The position numbers and the translations under genes were made by a program. From contig CAUVXB020000001.1 in NCBI GenBank assembly GCA_963555825.3, positions 1,152,001 to 1,216,000 of the forward strand: 64,000 nt of DNA. Reading direction: 5' to 3'. The DNA is from Alphaproteobacteria bacterium. Lineage in GTDB: Bacteria > Pseudomonadota > Alphaproteobacteria > JAAXGF01. Below, in pieces: positions 27,570-36,877 of this stretch; the first letter of the stretch is position 1, and every line of letters starts with the position of its first letter. Below the pieces are notes generated by a model. It did no database searches. It worked only from the letters and a program-made list of their open reading frames with translations, and was not told where the DNA came from.

Positions 27570-29717
27570 ATGAAACAGTCGATCATCGCCCTCGCCCTAT
27601 CGATGTTCGCCGTGGGCTGGACGCCGGCCGAGGCCGGAACGAATCAAGCGATTTTGGAAACATTCACCGAAAGTGCGCCGCCGCTTACCAGGGTCGCCCA
27701 GCTCGGGCAAGCGACGATCTACGCGCCGAAACGGATCGATACCGACCAGGAAACAGTCGAATTCACCGGTAAGATCGAGGCGAACGGCGAGATTAGCCTG
27801 ACCGTCAATGGCTCGCCCGTCGGGGTCGGCGTCGATGGCTCGTTTCTCGTTCGCCGCACAGTGCCCGTCGGCCGTAGCAAGCTGCTGCTGATCGCCGAAT
27901 CGTCCCGTGGTGAACGGGTCGAGCACCGCGTGTTCGTCAGGCGCACCGCAGCGGGCGCCGAGGTCGACGAGTTCGGTGACTATTACGCACTGGTCATCGG
28001 CAACAATGATTACGAGCACTTGACCGACCTGCGGATGGCGGTGGTCGACGCCGAAGCGGTGCGCGACATGCTGATCGACAGCTACGGTTTCGAGGTCGAG
28101 TTTCTCGCCAACGCAACCCGTAACGACATCGTTTCGGCCCTGGCGCGCAAACGCGCGCAACTGACCGAGAAGGACAACCTCTTGATCTATTACGCCGGCC
28201 ACGGCAGCCTGGACGTCGGTTCGGACGAGGGCTACTGGCTGCCGGTCGATGCCGAGACCGACAACCCGGTCAACTGGATCTCGAACAACAACATCACCGG
28301 CCAGCTTCGCGCGATGCGCGCCAAGCATGTCATGGTCGTCGCCGACAGCTGCTATTCGGGCAAGCTGACACGCAACGTCCAGGCACAATTGAAGACCGGC
28401 GCCGAGCGTTCGGCGTGGCTCGAACGGATGGCGTCGCGGCGCTCGCGCACGGCGGTTACCTCGGGCGGGCTGGAGCCGGTGCTCGATGCAGGCGGCGGTC
28501 AATATTCGGTCTTCGCCAAGGCGTTCCTCGAGACCCTCCGCGCCAACACCCGGGTGCTCGACGGCCAGTCGCTGTTCGACGCCATCAAGCGGCCGATCGT
28601 CGTCAACGCCGACCAGACGCCCGAATACGCCGACGTACGCAAGGCGGGCCACGACGGCGGCGACTTCATCTTCGTGCCCTTGAAGATCGAGGTCACCCTC
28701 CAGGTCGCCTCGGCCGAGCCGGTGCCAGCGACAACCGGCGTGTCGACGACGAACATCCCGCAGACCTCATCGAACATCGCCGTCGAGCTGGCGTTCTGGC
28801 AATCGATTCAGAGCTCGAACAGCATCGCCGACCACGAGGCCTATCTCCAGCGCTTCCCCAACGGCAACTTCGCGGTCCTCGTTCGCGCGCGGCTCAACGC
28901 CTTAAAGTCACAGCAGGCCGCGACGACGCCTGTGCCGGCGCCGGCAGCACCCAGCATCGACATCGAAATGATCTACTGGCAGTCGATCCAGAGCTCGAAT
29001 AGCATCGCCGACCATGAGGCCTATCTGCAGAAGTTCCCGAACGGAAATTTTGCGCCGCTGGTCCGGGCGCGACTCGAAAACCTCATGGCCGCAGCGGCGC
29101 CGGCCCCCGTACCTGAGCCTGAACCTGAACCCGCACCGTCGAGCGCCAGCGTCGAACTGATCTACTGGCAGTCGGTCAGGGACAGCGATAGCATCGCCGA
29201 GCACGAGGCCTATCTGAGCAAGTTCCCAAATGGCGAGTTCGCCCCGCTGGTGCGCGCGCGGCTCGAGACGCTCCAGGCCGAGCAGGTCGCCGCCATCGCG
29301 CCGCCGCCCGAGCCGAAACCGGCGCCCAAGCCCGAACCGCCGGGCGTCGACGTCGAGTTGGTCTACTGGCAGTCGATCCAGAAGAGCGACAGCATCGCCG
29401 AGCACGAAGCCTATCTGCGCAAATTCCCCAACGGCGAGTTCGCCCCGCTGGTGCGCGCGCGACTCGACGAGCTCAAGGCGGCGGCAAAGCCGCAACCCCT
29501 CCCCGAACCGCAGCCGGCGAGCGAGCCCCAGGGCATCGAGCTGGCGTTCTGGGAATCGGTCAAGAACAGCCGGAGCCTGGCCGATTACCAAGCCTATCTC
29601 GGACAATACCCGACAGGCCATTTCGCGGGCCTCGCGCGCTCGCGCGTCGCGACGCTCCAACAACAGGAAGCCGACATCGTGGCCGCCGCGCTGAAGAGGC
29701 AGCAGGAAGAGGAATGA
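27570..29717 (+). CDS. Exported caspase-family (C14) protease with an Ig-like N-domain and five W-S/YL..FP.G.F repeats; frame stays open to 30116 beyond a TGA
   Basis: Signal peptide (PAEA); YALVIGNNDY, YYAGHG and ADSCYSG His/Cys dyad; five ELxxWQS...YLxxFPNGxFAxLxRARL repeats. Confidence 0.88.
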   Translation: MKQSIIALALSMFAVGWTPAEAGTNQAILETFTESAPPLTRVAQLGQATIYAPKRIDTDQETVEFTGKIEANGEISLTVNGSPVGVGVDGSFLVRRTVPVGRSKLLLIAESSRGERVEHRVFVRRTAAGAEVDEFGDYYALVIGNNDYEHLTDLRMAVVDAEAVRDMLIDSYGFEVEFLANATRNDIVSALARKRAQLTEKDNLLIYYAGHGSLDVGSDEGYWLPVDAETDNPVNWISNNNITGQLRAMRAKHVMVVADSCYSGKLTRNVQAQLKTGAERSAWLERMASRRSRTAVTSGGLEPVLDAGGGQYSVFAKAFLETLRANTRVLDGQSLFDAIKRPIVVNADQTPEYADVRKAGHDGGDFIFVPLKIEVTLQVASAEPVPATTGVSTTNIPQTSSNIAVELAFWQSIQSSNSIADHEAYLQRFPNGNFAVLVRARLNALKSQQAATTPVPAPAAPSIDIEMIYWQSIQSSNSIADHEAYLQKFPNGNFAPLVRARLENLMAAAAPAPVPEPEPEPAPSSASVELIYWQSVRDSDSIAEHEAYLSKFPNGEFAPLVRARLETLQAEQVAAIAPPPEPKPAPKPEPPGVDVELVYWQSIQKSDSIAEHEAYLRKFPNGEFAPLVRARLDELKAAAKPQPLPEPQPASEPQGIELAFWESVKNSRSLADYQAYLGQYPTGHFAGLARSRVATLQQQEADIVAAALKRQQEEE

Positions 29718-30116
29718 AAGGCCGCCGCGCTGAAGAAACAGCAGGAAGAGGCGAGGGCGGCGGCCGAGCTGGCGGCGCTTCAGGCCACACCGCAGCCCGC
29801 GCCCAAGCCGGTCATCGACGCGCAAACCTTGTTGAACGACTCGGGATTTTTGAAGTCCCTCACCAAGGCCACCAAATATCAATACAAAATCGAAATTCAG
29901 CGACTCGATTCGGTCGAAGTCAAAAGCAGGTCGGGCAACCAGGCGAGGGTCATCCTGAAGTATCTTTGGATGAACGATAATGACTCCCAACGGGTCGGCC
30001 GTGGCGAGGCGACAGTCAGGTCGATCGGCGGTCGAACCGAAGTCACCGACTTCAAGAGCATCTTTCCGACGCCGAGCCAGCTTCTCAGGGCCGATGCGGG
30101 GGCGTCGGGCATCTAG
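29718..30116 (+). pseudogene. In-frame C-terminal continuation of the caspase-family gene after a premature TGA
   Basis: Same frame as 27570; reads KAAALKKQQEEARAAAE...LLNDSGF...GI*, echoing AAALKRQQEEE just before the stop. Confidence 0.65.
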
Positions 30117-30192
30117 ATCGCCGCGCCCCACGGGGCCGGGCCTGCGACCGATGCAGGCGTCTCGGCGCTGATATTGGGGGTGACTTAGAGCG

Positions 30193-32022
30193 ATGAATGC
30201 GGTGAAAATCGGGTGGGCAGTCGTCGTCCTGGTGCTGGTATCGACGCCCTCGGCGGGCGCGACGATCGACGGCGGTGAAACCTTCGCCGGGCCTGCCGCG
30301 TCGATCCGGTTCGCCCAGGCCGAGGGGCCGGTCATCGAGGCGCCGCGACGGATCACCACCGACCAGGACACCATCGACTTCACCGGCAGGGTCGCCGGCG
30401 TCGGCTCGGTGATGCTGAGCATCAACGGCGACCCGGTGATGGTCGGTACCGACGGCTCGTTCCACGTGCGCCGCGTGGTTCCCGTCGGTCTTACCAAGCT
30501 GATGCTGATCGCCGAGGACATGGGCGGCGGCCAGACCGAGAACCGCATCCTCGTCAAGCGCCAGATCCAGGCTGCCGAGACCGTCGACTTCGGTAACTAT
30601 CACGCGCTGGTCATCGGCAACAACGACTATCGCGACCTTACCGACCTTGAGACCGCAATGGGCGACGCCGAGGCGGTCGCCGGCATGCTTTCCGAGCGTT
30701 ACGGCTTCGAGGTCGAGGTGCTGACCAACGCGACGCGCTACGACATCATTTCGGCGCTCGGCGCGCTGCGCGCGGCGCTCACCGCATCCGACAACCTGCT
30801 GATATACTATGCCGGGCACGGCGAGCTCGACGTCGATTCCGACGAGGGCTATTGGCTGCCGGTCGACGCCGAGCGCGACAACGTCGTCAACTGGCTGTCG
30901 AACGCGACGATTACCAGTCAGATCAAGGCGATGCGCGCCAAGCATGTCATGGTGGTCGCCGACAGCTGCTATTCGGGCAAGCTGACGCGCGGCGCCGAGA
31001 CCGCCGTCAAGACCGGCGGCGAGCGGAGCGCCTGGCTCACGCGCATGGCGGTGCGGCGTTCACGCACGGCGCTGACCTCCGGCGGCCTCGAGCCCGTGCT
31101 CGACGCCGGCGGCAGTGGCCACTCGGTGTTCGCCAAGGCATTCCTCGAGGCACTCGAAACCAACACAGACGTGCTCGACGGCCAGGCGCTGTTCGACGCT
31201 ATCAAGCGCCCGGTCGTCGTCAACGCCGACCAGACGCCCGATTACGCCGACGTCCGCAATGCGGGCCACGACGGCGGCGATTTCCTGTTCGTGCCGGTCG
31301 GCGTCATGTCGGTCGCGCCGGTCGGGTTCGCAACGGCGCCGGCAACGGCCGACGAGACGGCGCGCGTCGGCACATACGAATCACAGGCGGTCGAACTGGC
31401 CTACTGGCAGTCGATCGAAAACAGCACCGACCCGGCGATGTTCGCCGCCTATCTCGCCGAATTCCCCGATGGCACCTTCGCCGGACTGGCCCGCCTCAAA
31501 CGCGATGCCCTCCTACCATCGGTCGTCCCGGACGCCCGGATCGCGCCGACGGCCGCCCTGACCGACGAGGAGATTCCGCCACCGCCGCCCGAATCGCCGC
31601 GCACCTTCGCCGCCGTCGATCCGGACCTGGCGAAGGGTACGGTGAAGGACCAATACAACGACGCCCATCGTTTCTTGCAGGCTGGCAAATTCGGCAAGGC
31701 GCGGGAGGCGTTTCAGGCATTCATCGACGCCCATCCGAAGAACGACCTGACGGACAATGCCTATTACTGGTTGGGCGAATCGTATTTTTCGAGCAAGAAC
31801 TACAAATCGGCGGCACGCGTCTACGCGTTCGGTTTCGACCGCTTTCCGAAAACCGACAAGGCGCCGGCCCTGCTTCTCAAGCTCGCCGCCGCGCTCGCCA
31901 AATCGGACAAGAAGAGCGATGCTTGCAAGATATTCAAGAACTATGCGAAGACCGTGCCCAAGGCGTCGCGTGACGAGAAGAAACAGGCGAAAACCCTAGC
32001 CAAACGGATGGGCTGCCGATGA
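30193..32022 (+). CDS. Exported caspase-family (C14) protease with a C-terminal CpoB/YbgF-like TPR domain
   Basis: Signal peptide; YYAGHG and ADSCYSG; one helical repeat; C-term FIDAHPKNDLTDNAYYWLGESYF...FPKTDKAPALLLKLA...DACKIF. Confidence 0.88.
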   Translation: MNAVKIGWAVVVLVLVSTPSAGATIDGGETFAGPAASIRFAQAEGPVIEAPRRITTDQDTIDFTGRVAGVGSVMLSINGDPVMVGTDGSFHVRRVVPVGLTKLMLIAEDMGGGQTENRILVKRQIQAAETVDFGNYHALVIGNNDYRDLTDLETAMGDAEAVAGMLSERYGFEVEVLTNATRYDIISALGALRAALTASDNLLIYYAGHGELDVDSDEGYWLPVDAERDNVVNWLSNATITSQIKAMRAKHVMVVADSCYSGKLTRGAETAVKTGGERSAWLTRMAVRRSRTALTSGGLEPVLDAGGSGHSVFAKAFLEALETNTDVLDGQALFDAIKRPVVVNADQTPDYADVRNAGHDGGDFLFVPVGVMSVAPVGFATAPATADETARVGTYESQAVELAYWQSIENSTDPAMFAAYLAEFPDGTFAGLARLKRDALLPSVVPDARIAPTAALTDEEIPPPPPESPRTFAAVDPDLAKGTVKDQYNDAHRFLQAGKFGKAREAFQAFIDAHPKNDLTDNAYYWLGESYFSSKNYKSAARVYAFGFDRFPKTDKAPALLLKLAAALAKSDKKSDACKIFKNYAKTVPKASRDEKKQAKTLAKRMGCR

Positions 32023-32453
32023 CCGACACCGAGACCGACGTATACGAGGGCGGTTGCCTTTGCGGCACCGTGCGCTACCGCTGTACGGGCGCGCCGCTGT
32101 GGGTCGCCCATTGCCACTGCGAAAGCTGCCGACGCGGCGCGGGCTGCGCCATGGTCACCTGGGCCGGTTTCGCCCGCGACGGGGTCGTGTTCACGGCGGG
32201 TTGGCCGCAGCGCTACGCTTCCTCGCCCGGCGTGACTCGCAGCTTCTGTGCGAACTGCGGCACGCCGCTGACCTACGAGGCCGAACGCTGCGCCGACGAA
32301 GTCCATTTCACCATCGGCACCTTCGACCAGCCCGAGGCATTGCCGCCGACCAAGCACGTCTTCGACGCGGAGCGGATTTCGTGGCTGCTTCTCGGCGACG
32401 ACCTGCCCCGGTACGCGACCACCAGTAGCGATGAAGAAGCTTCATCGGGCTGA
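32019..32453 (+). CDS. GFA (CENP-V) family protein
   Basis: GGCLCGTVRY, CHCESCRR, RSFCANCGTPL. Confidence 0.92.
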   Translation: MTDTETDVYEGGCLCGTVRYRCTGAPLWVAHCHCESCRRGAGCAMVTWAGFARDGVVFTAGWPQRYASSPGVTRSFCANCGTPLTYEAERCADEVHFTIGTFDQPEALPPTKHVFDAERISWLLLGDDLPRYATTSSDEEASSG

Positions 32454-33374
32454 CGCGCGTTGCCGCCCGGCGCGTTGCTTGGCATCCTCCTGCGCGGCCT
32501 CGGCGAGCAGCCAGTCGCGGAACGCCACCATCCTCGGCCGCTCGGCGATCGCCTCTGGACAGACCAGGTAGAACGCCTCGTCGACCTCGAGAACGAAGTC
32601 GAACGCGGTGACCAGCCAGCCTTCCGCTATCTCGTCCTCGACATAAGCGTGCGGCGCGAGCGCGACGCCGAGCCCGGCGTGGGCCGCCGAAAGCGCCAAC
32701 GCCGTGTTGTCGTACCAACGGCCGCTCGCCGGATCGATCGTATCGACGCCCACGGCATCGAGCCACAGCGCCCAGTCCTCTTCGTCCTCCTCGTTGTGCA
32801 GCAGCGTATGGCGCACGAGGTCGGCCGGCGTCTCGAGAGCGACCGGCCCGTCGCGTAACTCGGGGCTGCAGACGGCGACGAGGTCGTAGGCGAACAGACG
32901 GTCGGCGCGCAGCCCCGGCCATGTTCCCGATCCCGTGCGGATGCCGAAGTCGACGTCCTCGCGCGACAGATCGACGACCCGGTCGGTGGTCACCAGATGA
33001 ACCTCGATGTTGGGATGCGCGGCGTGGAACGCGGCGAGCCTGGGGATCATCCAGGTCATCGCGAAGGTCGGCATCAGCGTGACCGCGAGGGTGTCGAGGC
33101 CGGCCGCGCCGAACAGGCGCTCTGTGCCCTGCATCAACCGGTCGAAGGCGTCGCGCACGATCGGCAGATAATCCTCGCCAACCTCGGTGAGCTCGATCCG
33201 GCGGCCGATGCGGCGGAACAGCGGGCGGCCAAGCTGCGCTTCGAGACCCTTGATGCGATGGCTGATCGCGCCCTGGGTGAAGTTGAGCTCCTCGGCGGCC
33301 TTGGTGAAGCTCGCATGCCGCGCGGCGGCCTCGAAGGCGCGCAGGGCATTGAGCGAAGGAAGCGGCACAGCCAT
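32442..33374 (-). CDS. LysR-family regulator, GcvA-like
   Basis: LPSLNALRAFEAAARHASFTKAAEEL..TQGAISH. Confidence 0.92.
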   Translation of the reverse strand: MAVPLPSLNALRAFEAAARHASFTKAAEELNFTQGAISHRIKGLEAQLGRPLFRRIGRRIELTEVGEDYLPIVRDAFDRLMQGTERLFGAAGLDTLAVTLMPTFAMTWMIPRLAAFHAAHPNIEVHLVTTDRVVDLSREDVDFGIRTGSGTWPGLRADRLFAYDLVAVCSPELRDGPVALETPADLVRHTLLHNEEDEEDWALWLDAVGVDTIDPASGRWYDNTALALSAAHAGLGVALAPHAYVEDEIAEGWLVTAFDFVLEVDEAFYLVCPEAIAERPRMVAFRDWLLAEAAQEDAKQRAGRQRASAR

Positions 33375-33510
33375 GACATCAATACATGAACTTTTTTAAT
33401 TGATTAGATGAAGGTAAGTCGTTTGTCAAGCCGGGTTGGCAACCCTATATTTTACACAACATAGCTGTATGCATTGGATGCGTGTAGCCAGTACGAAGGA
33501 GACAACGACA

Positions 33511-33684
33511 ATGTTTATGAAAAATTTTAGTGCAACACTACTCATTCCGACGAGCATTCGCGAGAGCCATCGCGAGGCCGGCCGACGCGCCATGAACCGG
33601 ACCGACACGAGCCGCCGCACGGCCCGGTCTGGTCACGTCATCGACACCATCGTCGCCAGCATTCTGAGGCCCCGCCTCGGTTGA
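33511..33684 (+). CDS. Small hypothetical protein (57 aa) divergent from the GcvA-like regulator
   Basis: Strong AAGGAG RBS upstream of ATG 33511; AT-rich promoter region. Confidence 0.45.
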   Translation: MFMKNFSATLLIPTSIRESHREAGRRAMNRTDTSRRTARSGHVIDTIVASILRPRLG

Positions 33685-33935
33685 CTGGTCGGCAACGAGC
33701 GGCGCGATAACGCATAAGGAGACGAGCCGTTGCACGAATCAAACACGAGGGCGGCTGTCACCCTGTCGCCAATCACGGCCGGGTGACAGCCCGACTCGCG
33801 CCACCAACCCCCGACGACGATTCCAATACCGACACGCCCGCGCATCTGCTTTGCGCGCCCGCCGCACCTGTCCATGGTGAGAATTCCGAGTTAAGCTGCC
33901 TCCCGACAAGCAAACTGAAAACGGGGAGGAACCAC

Positions 33936-34907
33936 ATGCCCAAGCTGCGCACTCTGATCGGCGGCCTCATTGGCGCCGCGCTGGCGGCCAGCGTCGCCCA
34001 GGCCGAGACCTGGGAAATGCCGACGCCCTATGTCGACGCCGTCTTCCACACCCAGAACATCCGCCAATTCGCCGACGACGTGAAGGCCGCGACCAACGGC
34101 GGCCTGGTCATCAACGTCCACTCGGGCGGCTCGCTGTTCAAGCACCCCGAGATCAAGAAGGCGGTGCGCGGCGGTCAGGTGCCGATCGGCGAGTTCTTCC
34201 TGGCGCGGCTGAGCAACGAGAACCCGATTTTCGGCGTCGACACGCTTCCTTTCCTCGCCGCGAACTACGACCAGGCGGCCAAGCTGTGGGCCGCGTCGCG
34301 CCCGCAGATCGAGGCGCTGCTGGCCCAGCAGGGGCTCCAGGTGCTGTTCGCCGTGCCGTGGCCGCCCCAGGGGCTCTACGCCAAAAAGGAGTTGAAATCG
34401 CTCGACGACCTCAAGGGCGTCAAGTTCCGCGCCTACAACGTCGCGACTGAGACGATCGCGCGCCTGTCGGGCGCGGTGCCGACCCAGATCGAGGCGCCCG
34501 ATCTCTCGCAGGCCTTCGCCACGGGCCGCGTCGAGGCGATGATTACCTCGCCCTCGACCGGCGTCAGCAGCAAGTCGTGGGACGTGCTTTCCCACTTCCA
34601 CCACACCCAGGCCTGGGTGCCCAAGAACGTTACCGTGGTCAATAAGAAGGCCTTTGCACGGCTCGACGCGGCGACCCAAAAGGCCGTGCTCGACGCCGCG
34701 GCCAAGGCCGAGAAGCGCGGCTGGGACGCCAGCATCGCCGAGACCGACGCCAAAATCGCCATCCTCGCCGAGCACGGCATGACGATCATCACGCCGAGCG
34801 AGAAGCTGATGGCGGGCTTCCGCGAGATCGGCGACAAGATGGTCGGCGACTGGAAGGCCGAGGCGGGCGCCGACGGCGAGGCGATCCTCAAGGCATACGG
34901 CATGTAG
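33936..34907 (+). CDS. TRAP transporter substrate-binding protein (DctP family)
   Basis: Signal peptide; HSGGSLFKHPEI, WPPQGLY, LKGVKFRAYN; RBS GGAGG. Confidence 0.92.
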   Translation: MPKLRTLIGGLIGAALAASVAQAETWEMPTPYVDAVFHTQNIRQFADDVKAATNGGLVINVHSGGSLFKHPEIKKAVRGGQVPIGEFFLARLSNENPIFGVDTLPFLAANYDQAAKLWAASRPQIEALLAQQGLQVLFAVPWPPQGLYAKKELKSLDDLKGVKFRAYNVATETIARLSGAVPTQIEAPDLSQAFATGRVEAMITSPSTGVSSKSWDVLSHFHHTQAWVPKNVTVVNKKAFARLDAATQKAVLDAAAKAEKRGWDASIAETDAKIAILAEHGMTIITPSEKLMAGFREIGDKMVGDWKAEAGADGEAILKAYGM

Positions 34908-34951
34908 GGTCGCGGCGGGCGCCCATCGCGCGCCCGCCACCGCCTTTCCCG

Positions 34952-35506
34952 ATGCGCAAATTCCTCGACGGTCTCTACCGCGCCAGCGGCGCCTGCGCGG
35001 CGTTTTTCCTGCTGGCGATCTGCGCCATCGTGCTGGCGCAGGTCGGCGCCAATCTGATCGACGCGGTCGCCGACGCGCTGACCGGCACGCCGATCGGCCT
35101 GGTCATCCCGTCCTATGCCGAGTTCGCTGGCTTCTTCCTCGCCGCCGCGTCGTTTCTGGCGCTCGCCTACACGCTGCGCGCCGGCGGGCATATCCGTGTC
35201 ACGCTGGTCATTCAGCACCTCGGGCCGCGGGCGCGGCGCGCCGTCGAACTGTGGTGCAGTGCATCGGGCGCCGGACTCGCCGGTTACTTCGCCTGGTACG
35301 CCGTCGCGCTGGTCCTCGAATCGATCGAATTCGGCGACGTCTCGACAGGCATTGTGCCGGTTGCGCTCTGGCTGCCGCAATCGGCCATGGCGCTCGGCCT
35401 GATCGTTTTGACGATTGCGCTGATCGACGGCTTCATCGACGTCGTCAGGGGCGACGCGTCGGCGCTCGCGGCCGCCACCGACGAAGCCTCGTTCATCGGG
35501 CGCTGA
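34952..35506 (+). CDS. TRAP small permease (DctQ)
   Basis: 4 TM; LAYTLRAGGHIRV. Confidence 0.9.
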   Translation: MRKFLDGLYRASGACAAFFLLAICAIVLAQVGANLIDAVADALTGTPIGLVIPSYAEFAGFFLAAASFLALAYTLRAGGHIRVTLVIQHLGPRARRAVELWCSASGAGLAGYFAWYAVALVLESIEFGDVSTGIVPVALWLPQSAMALGLIVLTIALIDGFIDVVRGDASALAAATDEASFIGR

Positions 35507-35508
35507 GC

Positions 35509-36810
35509 GTGGAACAGGTCGGCTTCACCATCGTGCTTGTCGTCGTGCTGTTCGCGTTGCTCGGCAGCGGGCTCTGGGTCGCGGTCTCGCTCCTCGGCGT
35601 CGGGCTGGTCGGCATGACGATGTTCACCTCGGCGCCGGCCGGCCTGGTGCTGGCGACCACGGTCTGGGGGGCGAGCAACTCGTGGGCGCTCGCCGCGCTG
35701 CCGCTGTTCATTTGGATGGGCGAAATCCTGTTCCGCTCGCGCCTCTCGGAGGACATGTTCGCCGGCCTCGCGCCTTGGCTCGACCACCTGCCCGGGCGTC
35801 TGTTGCACGTCAACATCCTGGGCTGCGGCGTGTTCGCCGCCGTCTCGGGCTCGTCGGCAGCGACCGCCGCGACGATCGGCAAGATGTCCCTGCCCGAGCT
35901 TGCCAAGCGCGGCTACGACCGCACCATGTCGATCGGCACGCTGGCCGGCTCGGGCACGCTCGGGCTGTTGATCCCGCCCTCGATCATCCTGATCGTCTAT
36001 GGCGTCGCGACCGAGGAATCGATCGCCCGGCTGTTCATCGCCGGCGTGCTTCCCGGCCTGATGTTGGTCATCCTGTTCATGGGCTACGTCGTCGTCTGGG
36101 CGCTGCTCAATCCGGCCAAGGTGCCGGCCGACCGACTCGGCATGGGTCTCGCCGATCGCCTGCGCCAGACGCGGCGGCTGATCCCGGTGCTGCTGGTCAT
36201 CGCCGGGGTGATCGGCTCGATCTACTTCGGCATCGCCTCGCCGACCGACGCCGCGGCGGTCGGCGTACTGCTCTCGCTGGTGCTGTCATGGTTCTCGGGC
36301 ACGCTCACCAAGGCGACCTTCATCGACGGGCTGATGGGCGCGACGCGCACCTCGTGCATGATCGCCTTCATCCTGGCCGGCGCCGCGTTCCTCACCGTCG
36401 CGATGGGCTTCACCGGCATTCCGCGACTGCTCGCCGAATGGATCGGCTCGTTCGACCTCTCGCCCCTCATGCTGCTCGTGGTGCTCACGGTGTTCTTCAT
36501 CGTGCTCGGCTGCTTCCTCGACGGCATCTCGGTCGTCGTGCTGACCACGGCCGTCATACAGCCGATGGTCGAGCAGGCCGGCATCGACCGCATCTGGTTC
36601 GGCATCTTCATCGTGCTGGTCGTCGAGATGGCGCAGATCACGCCGCCGGTCGGCTTCAACCTGTTCGTCATCCAGGGCCTGACCGATCACAACATCCTCG
36701 AGGTCGCGCGCGCCGCCCTGCCCTTCTTCTTCCTCCTGCTGCTCGGCGTCGTGCTGCTCGTCGCCTTCCCCGGCCTCGCCACCTGGCTGCCGTCGCAGAT
36801 GTGGAGCTAG
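35509..36810 (+). CDS. TRAP large permease (DctM)
   Basis: LAALPLFIWMG, SGSSAATAA, GTLGLLIPPS, ITPPVGFNLFV. Confidence 0.93.
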   Translation: MEQVGFTIVLVVVLFALLGSGLWVAVSLLGVGLVGMTMFTSAPAGLVLATTVWGASNSWALAALPLFIWMGEILFRSRLSEDMFAGLAPWLDHLPGRLLHVNILGCGVFAAVSGSSAATAATIGKMSLPELAKRGYDRTMSIGTLAGSGTLGLLIPPSIILIVYGVATEESIARLFIAGVLPGLMLVILFMGYVVVWALLNPAKVPADRLGMGLADRLRQTRRLIPVLLVIAGVIGSIYFGIASPTDAAAVGVLLSLVLSWFSGTLTKATFIDGLMGATRTSCMIAFILAGAAFLTVAMGFTGIPRLLAEWIGSFDLSPLMLLVVLTVFFIVLGCFLDGISVVVLTTAVIQPMVEQAGIDRIWFGIFIVLVVEMAQITPPVGFNLFVIQGLTDHNILEVARAALPFFFLLLLGVVLLVAFPGLATWLPSQMWS

Positions 36811-36877
36811 TTTAGGTTACGGTCATCATTGCTTCGCAACGGTGACCCGCACTCAGCCGCCGCGCATGCCAATCTTA

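Noticed and set aside
29715-29717. Selenocysteine codon
   Set aside because: It lies in a coiled-coil linker with no Cys-equivalent context, and no convincing SECIS hairpin was seen.
27570-32453. Gasdermin-, CBASS- or CRISPR-linked caspase defence system
   Set aside because: No gasdermin, cyclase, NACHT or cas gene adjacent, and both proteases carry signal peptides.
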